Positions 43,001 through 54,755 of a stretch of DNA of 64,000 nt are shown piece by piece. The notes under the pieces are model-generated. The model was given only the letters and a program-made list of their open reading frames with translations, made no database searches and had not been told where the DNA came from. Source of the stretch: Chrysomallon squamiferum (lineage: Eukaryota > Animalia > Mollusca); the NCBI GenBank assembly GCA_012295275.1, contig CM022671.1:25606001-25670000 (forward strand), in the 5' to 3' direction. Each line of letters starts with the position of its first letter. The stretch's first letter is position 1. Both the position numbers and the translations under genes were made by a program.

Positions 43001-44018
43001 TTACACCTGTACTGATATGGCTTTTTCTTGGCCGTTTGTGAAAACCCTTTTTTTGATGTTTTTTTAATGACATGTTCAGTTCTTTCTTCCTCACTTTCAC
43101 TGTCAAACTTCTTTTTGGTGTCATCAAATGTTGTGTCTGCATCAGATTCCTCGTCTTCAAGTTTAATTTCTTCCTGTTTAACATTTCTTTTCCTCTTGCT
43201 CTTCCTAACTTCTGTTTTTCCTCTACCTTTACATTTAGACTGTCTCTTAGTTGTTGACATTTGATTACTTTTATGATGTATTCTGTTCATTTTGGGGGCA
43301 GAAGTCTTTAATTTATTGGCTCGCTTCCTTTTCAGAATAGTCCTTCTGCCCCCTGACTCCAGCTCTCCATCAGCCTTCCATCATCCGTTTTCTCCATTTT
43401 TACTAGATCTGGTGACGGTAATGCTGGTGAACTGTCAATCACATCTGCAAAGGAATTGCTACTGAATGATGATACTGGTACTACTGTTGTCTTTTCAGAA
43501 CCTGTTACATCAGAAACAGATGTAGCTGCTGCTTTATCACTGGGTCCACTGTCTTTACTGTCCACTTCTATTTGCATGGTAATTAATTTCATAGTCTCAC
43601 TATGTTTTACTTCATTTCTGGAACTGTCATCACCAGGATGATGTCCAGAAACAAACTGATGACATACAGATACAGCTGGCTCTACCATCAGTCTCTCAAA
43701 CAAAGATGATATCATACATACTGTGCTTTGGGTAACTCCCAGTTTACCCGTATAGAAATATTCGATGACCAGTTTAAGTTCACTTAGTGTTAGTTCTGGA
43801 ATCAAGAAATTCAAAGAAGATTTGTCATCTTGACTGTTATACCACTGCTGAAAGAATTTGCTGCTGGCTAACATTATTATGCTATGAATTTTGGTCTGTC
43901 CATCTTTGGCTTTGAGGGTCAGGTCACAACAGTTCTGTGACTGCTGCAGTTTATATAGGGCATTCAAAACCTCTTCGTGAAATCCTGATACTGTATAAAC
44001 TGTCAAGTTGTCAGTCAT
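39280..44018 (-). CDS. BTB/POZ + 9x C2H2 zinc-finger protein (ZBTB-like paralog C); 1-nt frameshift in first coding exon (~705 aa if repaired)
   Basis: Exons 44018-42874 (1145 nt, one short of frame), 42450-42244, 41900-41758, 41242-41169, 40968-40885, 40350-40256, 39648-39280. BTB motif CCDLTLKAKDGQTKIHSIIMLASSKFF. All finger exons and splice sites are intact. The BTB frame stops at 43334-43332; the finger frame is open from ~43380. Confidence 0.85.
39840..39916 (+). mobile_element. Decayed SINE-like fragment in an intron of paralog C
   Basis: GGCCTTTGATAAACCAGTTGTGGAGCACTGGCT resembles the body of an abundant gastropod SINE as I recall it; not verified by a search. Confidence 0.4.
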
Positions 44019-45099
44019 TGCAGGTAAGATGCTGATAGACCAGACTGGAATCCTGAAATAATTTTTCTATTTAAAGCCTTTCAGTCACTTGATACTAATA
44101 CAAAATTATAATAAAACAAGCACATTTTTATATATATGATTGTTTTAAATATTGTCATATAACTATGCACAACAATATTAATTACTTTCCCCCTTCTTCT
44201 TCTACTTCTTTTTTTTAATTTTTTTTTAACATTTTAGTATATGTAATAATCTTGATAAATATCAAAAAAAAGAAAAAGAAATTGGGATTCTCTGTGCATC
44301 CAATGAGGTTCTTCTATTAACACATCAGATGAATAGCAATTTGGGACATAACATGTGTATAACTGTATGTGTGTTTACGTGTGAGTGGGGGCGTTATGTT
44401 CCAATGTATGTAAATATTTAGGAGACCAAAACCATATAATGATATATATAAATATATTTTTTAATAATTTTGTACCCTTGAGTCATTTACCCTTTGGGCT
44501 TTCAGGTTTGATCACGGACATAAGTATGTCACTATGTGTCTGCGTTTACGTGTCTGCGTGGGACTGTGAATGAGTCAGAGAGAGAGATCTCTAAATATTA
44601 TTATTTATTAATAATAACAACAACAGTTGTGACGCTGATGTAAACTTTGCAGGTGTTTATCAGTATATGATAATGTTTAATAGTGTTCATTAAAATTTAA
44701 ACAGGATATTCCACTGACATTTACATAGTAATTATTGTTTACATAAATGATAAATCGTATTTCTTTGAGACGGTCGTGATAACCACTGGAACTCTTAAAA
44801 ATTATTAATTTATCTTTAATGTATTTCGTACTGTCACAGGACCTATATAACAGTTTAAGCGACTCAGCTATTATGAGGCGTAATCATAATGCTACCAAAA
44901 CAAACGAAACTGGACAAAAAAAAATCGGACCAAACGAAATTTTATGCATTCGATATTACTATTTCTTATTAGTGATATATTTTAATTTGGTTATTATTGA
45001 TTGTTATTTACCTTATTCTAATTTCTTCAAAAAGTAATCTTAATTATGTAGCTGTCAGTTATGCGCTGATTCTTTAGAGCCCGCTAATTAATTTATTAT

Positions 45100-45200
45100 A
45101 TGTCCAACACTGGAAAAACACTTTATTGCTGACTTTACCGAAGTCAGTTTCCGGTAATGAGTAGTCTCCCTTTGATTTCTGAAAGCCGAATTGAAAATAA
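45100..45200 (-). promoter_or_regulatory. Putative promoter of ZBTB paralog C
   Basis: CpG-containing stretch upstream of C; ETS-like TTTCCGG at 45148-45154 next to GTCTCCCTT at 45164-45172. Confidence 0.45.
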
Positions 45201-45730
45201 AATGGTACCTCAACAAATTTCGGATTTCAAAAATAAATATAACAACAACAAAAAGTAATCTTGCAGTTTATAACTATTCATAAAATAATGCAAAACAAAG
45301 AAACAAAAAATGGCACATGACTTTAAAGTTTATGTTAAAATGTTATGATGCCATCATTGGATGATGGTAATTGCAAATTGAAATTCAAAATGAAAATGGT
45401 ATGGTTTTACAGTTGCAGAAGCCAAAAGTGAGCTATTGAATTTTGTGACAGTTTTATTTTTTTATGTTTGTAATAATTTATAGCAGTATGAAAGAACAAA
45501 TAGTAGAGAAAGAAAAAATACAAACATAACTAAGAATATTGTTCTTCATATCATCCAATTTGCACGTAAGAGCTTCTGGTTGTGGATACTTGGAATAAAA
45601 CGGATGAAAAAAGTTTTTTTTTCAATCCGAAAAACACCGGGCATGATGTAAAATTCATATCTAACAGTTATCTTCAAATCCATAAGAACATTTTTTTTTT
45701 TTTTTTTTTAATTTACGTCTCTTTTAAAAG

Positions 45731-45772
<42 letters not shown>

Positions 45773-46848
45773 GTATTTTTCTTATTCTAAACCAGATAAA
45801 TCACAAATCTCGTAGCCAGATGCCATGTGATGGGCTACTCTTTTTCTTACTGGAAGTAGCATGATTGTATAATTGATAAATTTGCCAGAAGGAAACCCCA
45901 TTTATAATTTGAAATAATTACAAGACCTGATAATAATCTTGATATGACTGTTGATCAGGATTATGATTTTATTATTTTTTTAAATATTTCATTTATTTCA
46001 ATTTTAATTAGTTTATTGTTGGTGAAGAGGAAATTTCTGTCTTTTTCAAAAACAAGTTCAAAAGTATATTAGATTTTGAACCTTTCTTGGATGACTGTTC
46101 ATTAGAAAAATAAAGATTAAATTAATAAATAAATTCATCCAATATTTTCTTCTTTTAATATATTAAAATTTGTTGAACTGTAACAGTAAAAACTTCCCCA
46201 TAAAATTTAATTAATCCATTTATTTGCTAATTAACTTATTTATTAATTTTACAATATTAAGTGGTGAATATTAAAATGAACAAGGTTTTATTATACATTT
46301 ATGTCTACATTTTTTTTTTTTTTTATCTTTACGTTGAGTATCAATATTAAACTTTATAAATAACATTTAATAACATTATTATTACCATTACCATTTTTAT
46401 CATTATTAAATAACACTGAACCCTGACTTGTCCTTAACGTATTTATTTAAATCAGTCAACAATTATTATTGTCAAACAAGCAATTTAATAATAATAATGA
46501 ACAATCTTAACATTTCTTAAAGCTGTCTGCTGATAAAACAAAGAGAAAAGAGAAAAAGAAGAAAAATATTACATGTAAAATAAAAATGGTGACAATTTTA
46601 CAACAAATAATTTAGACGTACAGAGTAGTGAACACAAACAACTCAAGTAATAACAATCCCAAAAATATCAGAAACTTTGCATGGAATAGGGAATGAAAAC
46701 AAAAATACTGTTGAAACAAAATCTGTTCATGGAAGTATGGAGTAATTGATAGCACTGCATGAAATAATACATATAAAAAAATTTAAAAAAACTCGTGGTA
46801 ACTGTCCATGGACTGTGAGTCTTGAATGAAATAATAAAATAAAAATAA

Positions 46849-49800
46849 CTAGTGATAGCTGTCCATAGCAAAATTAAGAGAGTCTTGTACAGAATAGGTA
46901 TCTGGCTGCTGTCCACCGTAAGACTGATCCTGCAGTACAAATGACACACTGTCCACAGATCTGTAAGGTTGAGACACTGGAAATACAGACATTCCAAGCG
47001 GCTGTGCTGATCCTTGATTGCTGTGAGTCACAGAATTCTGATAACCTTCGAGTAACAAAGGAGGATTGGCACTGGCCATATTTGTAAACATACTGTCTTT
47101 GTTCTTCTCAACATTTTCAACTTGTTCACCAGTTGTAGATTTATTTCTCTGATCCACAGATTCTCCTCCGTCTTGTTCTGTACAGACTTTTGACTCTTCT
47201 TGCATCACAGTATTATCTGCAGAGTTGTTTTGTTCATTTTCACTTGACTGCTGGTCTTTGTTTGTCCTGTCTGATGATTTGTCTTCCTGGTTGCTAAGGT
47301 TTCGACCCAGGTTGTAAAGATGTGAATATTTACGTTTGTCAGGAATGTGGAGGTTGTGTACACTGCGTAGATGTTTGTCCAGGTTACCTGCAATCTTTGA
47401 TTTGTGGGGACACAGGTGACAGGAATAAGGCTTCACATCCTGAAATATATTTAAAATTAACAAGTTAAAATATAAAAAATAAATTGAAAAAAATAAAACA
47501 AAACAAATAGTAATATTAAAGGAAACATTTTACCTAGATACTATTTAGTCTATGTTTTTATTGTCACCTATTTTTGTGTAATAATGTAACTTGATTAAAG
47601 AATGCTTTAAATACAAACATTTTCAGCCATTTTTTTTTTATTATTTTCATATATTAATTTATATTTATTATATTAACTTAATGAAATATGTAGCAAATAT
47701 GAAAAATGATCATTTACAAGTCCTGAAAACAAGAGTTATTAATTTTGAATACAGGAACACTTTAGAGATTCAGGAAACAGCAATTATGAAAGATTTATGA
47801 GTTCTGTGTATAAAACGCCTTTAATTTCTCAGCACACCACTTAACAAAACAAAAACAAAAATAATGATAATAATCTATAAAACAAAATATAGAAAATATA
47901 TATACTGAAATCTATTATTTACAGTACCAGACCACATCTACCAATCATGGTACCAAAGGTAGCCTCTATTTCTGGTCCAATAAAATATAAAACCAACTAT
48001 GAAATGTTAAAAAAAAAAAATGTATTTAACAAATTTATATCCATCTAAAGTCAGTTTTCTGGCAATTCTGGTTTAGTGGAAGCTGCATAAATCGTTTGAT
48101 ATTAGATAAATATCAGCATTATAGTATTTTAAAATCAAATGATAAAATGATCACTCCAGTGTTGATATGTTAGTGTATACATCTGATATATCATTTATGA
48201 CATGCATTATAATAATAATTACCTTCTCTGTGTGCATTCTTTTCACATGTTCCTGTAATCTGCTCTTTTGAATAGCTGAGTAATTACACCCTTCATATGT
48301 ACAGACAAATTTCTTTTCTGCAAAAGTAAATTTCCAAAATAATTATCCAAAGTCATTTTAGACCAGGATTATACTATGTGAATTGAGCAAAATGAAAATA
48401 AATTTTATAAATAGTATTTTACTGAGGCTGTTCCTTTATAGTATCCAAAAATTACAATTATATTACATCGAATTAAAAAAATAAATTAAAAAATTATTTT
48501 AAAAAACCCCAACAAAAACAACTGTTAATAAATAAAAATGTATTTAAAATGATTTGATTAAGAAAAAAATAAATCAAATATATATATTATTTATTCATGC
48601 TGTACTGTTACAAATAGCCTGTCATTTCTACATACCATCATGCCACAACTTATGACATTTGAGATTATGTTCTGTGGTGTATTTCTTATGACAGATATCA
48701 CACTGCCAATCACGAGTCCCTGATTTAAAAACACATTAATATTAATTAAATAAACTTTGTTAAAACATGAAGAATAATGAATGTTGTATTATTAATAATG
48801 CATCCAGACATATTTTTTTAAATTTGAATTTATGCAAGGGAAAAAGAAATTATTTAAAGAAATTGGTTTCATTCATTATTTGCATGACTTTAGATGTGTT
48901 TATGCCCAAATAATTAAGTAAGTTTGCTTCAAGGTGGAATAAAACAAATTATTATTCCCATAGGAAAAAATTATGTTGATAGCATTAATAAATTAGATAA
49001 GAATGCCAAAATATTTAAATAATTTAGCTTCAAGATGGAATAAAAGACAGATTATTCTCAAAGAAAACACTATGTTGATAGCTTTAATACAACAGATAAG
49101 AAAGTAGCTGCACTTACCTGTATGCATGTTCTGATGGCTAGTAAATACCCGAGCTCGAAATGTTTCAAAATCACATTTATCACATTTGAATCTAAAATAA
49201 TACAAAATTCATTATTTAATAAATTAAGGAATGAATATCATAACAATAACAAAAGAAACCCCTAAAACAACAACCGGCAACAGAAAATAAGATATCAGGA
49301 ACAGATGATGTTTGACATTCACTATACTCACACTCTGAAGTTATTAGGAAGAGGAACATTGTGTTTGGTGTACATATGCTGGGTGAGTGTGTTCAATCCA
49401 GTTGTTGTTCTATAAGCACACAGGTGGCACATGTTTTCATCCTTAATACCAAGGTGCTTTTCTTCAGTATGTTTCTAAAAAAAAATTTAAAAAAATAAAA
49501 TAAATAGAATAAATAAACACACACACATACATTATTTTACATATGTTTTATTACTCGGTATTGTTGTAATTATTTAATATCTAAATTGCAAGCCTTTTTC
49601 TTTTTTTAGTTTAAAAGTTACTAAGAACCTAATATAAATTACATTATACATGATTAAAGATGAAGTTCTCTAGCAGAAAGCTTTAGAGCAAAACTATAGT
49701 ACACCTTTATTGGTCAGAAATCAGGAACAGTATGCGCAAAGGAATGACATGGCAATAGCTGTGTTAGATCCTGAACAAAATAAAGAACATGCCTATATAT

Positions 49801-51993
49801 CTGCAGACATCAACATAATTCCTTTACATCCTACATACACATCTCACATTTCAATTTTGTATCAGTTTGATTTTATCAGTGCATAATATCAAATGCAAGA
49901 TATTATGTACTTATATTAGTTTCAATTTTATAGACTATTCACATAAATTGCAAGACATATTTCCAAAACATTCATAAGAACACAACATTTAAAGGCATAT
50001 ATTTCTTTAATTATAAAAGAAAACATTTAATCATAAATTTACCTTTAAACCACTTGGTGACACAAATTTTTTGTCACATTCCTTGCACTTGAGTTTATCG
50101 TTAAGATGCAAATTTAAATGCAACTTGAGTTCTGGTAGAGTTTTGAAGGCACGAGCACAAAATTCACAAACATATGGACGTTCATCTGAATGTCGATAAG
50201 CCATATGTTTATCTAACCTTGCTGTTTCTAATGTTTCATAGTTGCAGTCCTGTTAAAAATAATGAAAATAAATATTAACAAAGGCATTATCCATCTTTAT
50301 TTAAATTAAAATGGTATTTTAATGACGATTTATGAAACATTTAACCAATTTTTTTTTATGGAACAAATTATATAAATTATATTTATGCATACAAATTAAA
50401 AATAAGATATTGTGGACAAATATATTCAGTGTTTAAACAATTACTGAAATTGTCACATGGTGTAATGAAGAGTATTGTCTGTTGTCTGCTGTAATATTAA
50501 GAAAAGTATATTTTTTTAAATAACAATAATAAAAGTGTACTATTTTAAAAATTGTATCTGATGCAATCAAATTAATGATTAATTAGTGTACACTTTTAAC
50601 TTCAAAGAGTCATTTTGTCAAGAAAATATATCAAACATAAACAACATTATAAAAACTCATTTAAGACTCCAACAGAAAAAAATTAAATAAAGCATTTATA
50701 ATTCAAAAGATGCTTTTGAAAAACATTTCTAAATCTCAGAAATATAAAGATTAAAATATCTGAGTTTGGTGAAGTTAACATGAATAATGTTATTAAACGT
50801 ACCTCAACCTGACATTTGTATACAGTGTACCTGGTTGTATCAAATGCAATGTCATGCTTGGAATGTTTATGTCCATCAATGTCTCTCCTGCTCTTGGATG
50901 TGTACTGACAGATATCACAGGCATACAGATGCCGATTCACCCTTTTCTTACCAGAGTTTTTTGTTCCTCTCACCCGAGTTGTTTTAACAGGAGATTTCAC
51001 TTCTGTTAAATGTACAGTTTCCTTTTCCTCTTCATTTTCTTTGGTTTGGGAATAATCCTTTGCTTTCACCAAAACAGATCGCTTACGCAAAGACCTTACT
51101 GTTGTTGTTTGAACTGGCATCACATCATCATTTCTGTTACAATCTATCACCTGAGAAGACTGATCAAGACATTCAGCGTTCAGGTTTTGATCAGTATTGT
51201 AAGAATCATCAATGTCATTATAAACATGAGGACTAATGTCAACTTTCTGATCAGAAGTCACAATGTCACTGCCATCAGCAAATTCTGGATTCAGTTCTAT
51301 TTTAATTTTTGTTTTTTTCTTAGGACTACAATCACCTTTCACTTTCAAAACAGTGAAGGTTTTTCTTGGTCTCAAACCTTTCCTGCATTTGCTAGGCATC
51401 TTTTTCTTGCACTTGCTGCAGACTGTTTCATCATGGATGTTTGAGGACTCTACAGAGTCAACGTCCATGCTAAGGGAACTTTCTTCCTTAACAAGACAGA
51501 CAGAACTGCAGTTATCTGTAAGTTCAGAAGTCTTCATTTCACACTTCAAAACTTCTGACCAATCACTGTGTGATTTCCCATTTACAAGATTTTCTTGTGA
51601 GACAGATCCTTCTCCATCAACAAATATCTTACAAAGTCTTACAGCATCCTGAACCTTGAACTTTTCATACAATGACATTGTTTTCTCAGTCTTACTTGAT
51701 GTCAACTGAAGCTGACCTGTGTAAAAAAATTCAACAAAATCTCTGAGTTCATTCATTGAAATGTCTGACATTACAAAGGTTAATGCTGAATTGTTTTTCT
51801 GGTCAAGAACCCACTGTCTGAAGAAGCTGCTGCTGGAAACCAGAACAAGGCTGTGAACTCTGACTTGACCATCTTTAACTTGCAGAATAAGATCACAAAG
51901 CTGCTGAGATTTCTGTAAGCTATATAAAACAGAAAATGCTTTGTCACAGAATCCTGGAGCCTTTAACACTGTTGGAATTTCTTCTTCATCCAT
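46849..51993 (-). CDS. BTB/POZ + 9x C2H2 zinc-finger protein (ZBTB-like paralog D), ~792 aa
   Basis: Exons 51993-50809 (alternative donor 50803), 50249-50043, 49474-49332, 49191-49118, 48719-48636, 48317-48223, 47439-46849 (2379 nt, in frame). BTB motifs LCDLILQVKDGQVRVHSLVLVSSSSFF and FFYTGQL; nine C2H2 fingers. Confidence 0.93.
48915..49090 (+). repeat. Direct repeat x2, ~100 bp period, in an intron of paralog D
   Basis: GCTTCAAG(G/A)TGGAATAAAA...TATGTTGATAGC(A/T)TTAATA at ~48926 and ~49027. Confidence 0.75.
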
Positions 51994-52318
51994 TTTCTTG
52001 GGCACAATTCTGAAAAAAAAATAAAAAAAATAGTAATAATAATAAATAAAATAAAATAAAATGAAATGAAATAAAATAAAAAATAAAATAAAATAAAATA
52101 AAATAAAATAAATTATTCAATATAGATGTGCATAATAGCCTAAGGCTATATTTATCACATCTTATTCTTATAGAGCTATTTTCCCACTCCAGTCAGGGCC
52201 TTGCAAATAATTTATCATAAGTAATGGTACATGTATATAGTTTCTTGTTAACTGGAAAATTCATATGAAAGTTCACATGCTGCATATAAAAAAAAAAAAA
52301 TATTAAATGTAAATAATA

Positions 52319-52362
<44 letters not shown>

Positions 52363-52802
52363 GGTAAATAAGTAAGTAAAATAAAATAAAATAACAGTCT
52401 GTCTTATATAAGTCACAGCATTGCATTTCAGTGTATTTTCCTTACTATACAGTATACTATATGATCAAATTAAACAAAACTGTCCTGTTTCTGTTTGTTA
52501 ATAGTATGGCTGTTAATAACAAAAGAAGAATACATATCAACACTTATCGTTAATTCACAATATCGTTGTGTTTTTAAACAGTGCGTCCAAGATTACATAT
52601 GGTCTTTCATTCATTTATGATAGATTTAAACATTTATCAATTAATCAAACTTAACATTAAATGCTGTAACTTGAAATCGACAGGAACATTATGTAATGAA
52701 TGATCCATGGAACTGGACGTGATTGAAATTGCAGTAATTTACTGAATAATTTATAAACAATAAAATTAGGGAGTTTGATTATTTTTTTTTTTTTTTGATT
52801 TT

Positions 52803-52839
<37 letters not shown>

Positions 52840-53249
52840 GCAAATTCTATTAGTAGATATATCATGTAAAGTAAAACAACAGTAACTCTCCTAACTCATC
52901 GACTCATTACATTTGAATGCATAAAAACCTCTCGCCCGCATTTATCACCTAATTTTGCTACTGTAGCCAGTGCAGAGATATTCGAGGATTGTAACTTTTA
53001 TTATCACTCAGTATTAATACTATTATGTATATTATATATATATACTATATACATACATTTCATATTTACATGCATCGTATGGCCTTATTCCAGTTCGTTT
53101 AATGTTAGATGTGTTTAATCATTAGCAGTGTTCTGATGCATTTCGAAAAAAATAGTCATCTGCACTAAACACTGTTATACGTACATGTAATGTGCAGTTG
53201 TGGTAAGAATGAAAATAATCTCGAGTGGATTATTTTGCAGGAATAATAA

Positions 53250-53330
53250 TAACTTTCCTTTCCTCCCTTGTTAGACTGTACGACGTCACTTCCTCAAATA
53301 ATAGGAAAGATAGTCTCCCTTAGATAATGC
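53250..53330 (-). promoter_or_regulatory. Putative promoter of ZBTB paralog D
   Basis: CRE-like GACGTCA overlapping ETS-like CACTTCCT (53282-53294), then GTCTCCCTT at 53313-53321. Confidence 0.45.
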
Positions 53331-54051
53331 TTTTTGGTTCTCTGTTGCAAATTTTTTACATGCATAAGCACAAATTTCAAGTAATTTAGTTTTAATTCGA
53401 TAACATAGCTTATATTAATAATAAAATTATCAGTTACTTTTTTTTTTACACCTATAATTTTGTATATCAATTTAAAAAAATCATTATCATCGTCATCAAC
53501 ATCATCATCGTTATAAAAAAAAAAAAAAAAAAAAAATTAAAATTTCTAATTTAAATGGGCCTAATAATATCTTTATACTTTTTTCTCTCTTTTTTTTTTT
53601 TTTTCCTTTTGTTTGTTTGTTTTTGTTTTCCAAAAGTCAGAAAATTAAATAATATTATTAATGACAAAATAAGTTTTCTAACATCTAATATTTTTAATAT
53701 TTATCTGTTATATTCAGATTATATGTAACTTCTGTAATAATAAATTTGCTTACTAACGTGACCGCAAATAATTAATTACATCAGCTTTTGATAACCAGTT
53801 TTGATCCACTGATATAATTGGGCGCAGCGATGAGCACCGATCTTGCCGTCTGTCGCATCTCAGTCAAACAGTCTAATCAGTGAATTATAACTCTTTGCAG
53901 ATTTAATGGAATGGGAAGAGCGTTTTAATAAATGTTGTAATTTATAGAGAGCTCTATTCTATATACCATGACATTTATTGTTGGTATATATATCTACGTA
54001 AACACACACACACAAACAGATTGTAAAAATAAATGTAACCTTTGAAATAAA

Positions 54052-54156
<105 letters not shown>

Positions 54157-54724
54157 GAATGAAACATTTGTGTGATTTTATTTTTTATTGGCGGACATGA
54201 TGGTATGAGGAAGGTTTGAAAATAACGAGAATTTTTTTTTTTTTTTTTTTTTTAATCCTCTTTTATATCGATAGCTCCAATTACAACGAATGCATTAAGT
54301 AATATGCAGAACAAAATATTTGACCTGGACAGATACAATAGGCATGTTTTGTAAGCTGTCTGTCATATAATGACCTGAACATTTTATTTCTCATGAACTG
54401 TATGGTAAATTTATCTTTGTTATCTGTTAATTGTTTTTTGATGTGTGTAAATATATATATATATGTTTGCGTGATATCCATACAGTGTGTAATTTAGAAA
54501 TATCGATAAAATCTCATAATGGCACGCACCCGCTCATTCACAGAGCAAGTCGCAGTTTTATAATGGTTATTATATCTAGCTCCAGTTTAGTGAAGCATGT
54601 ATTAAAAAATACAACATACACGAAAGAAAACATATTCTTAAATGACTTTCATGTTTATAAAACATATGTTATTTGTATATCTGTATATATACATATACTT
54701 GCATATATGCATGCAAACATACGA

Positions 54725-54755
<31 letters not shown>

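Noticed and set aside
43329-43340. TTC-TGA as an antizyme-like +1 frameshift or selenocysteine/readthrough site in paralog C
   Set aside because: Both the +1 frame and the readthrough frame hit TAA within a few codons; only the -1 frame continues into the fingers.
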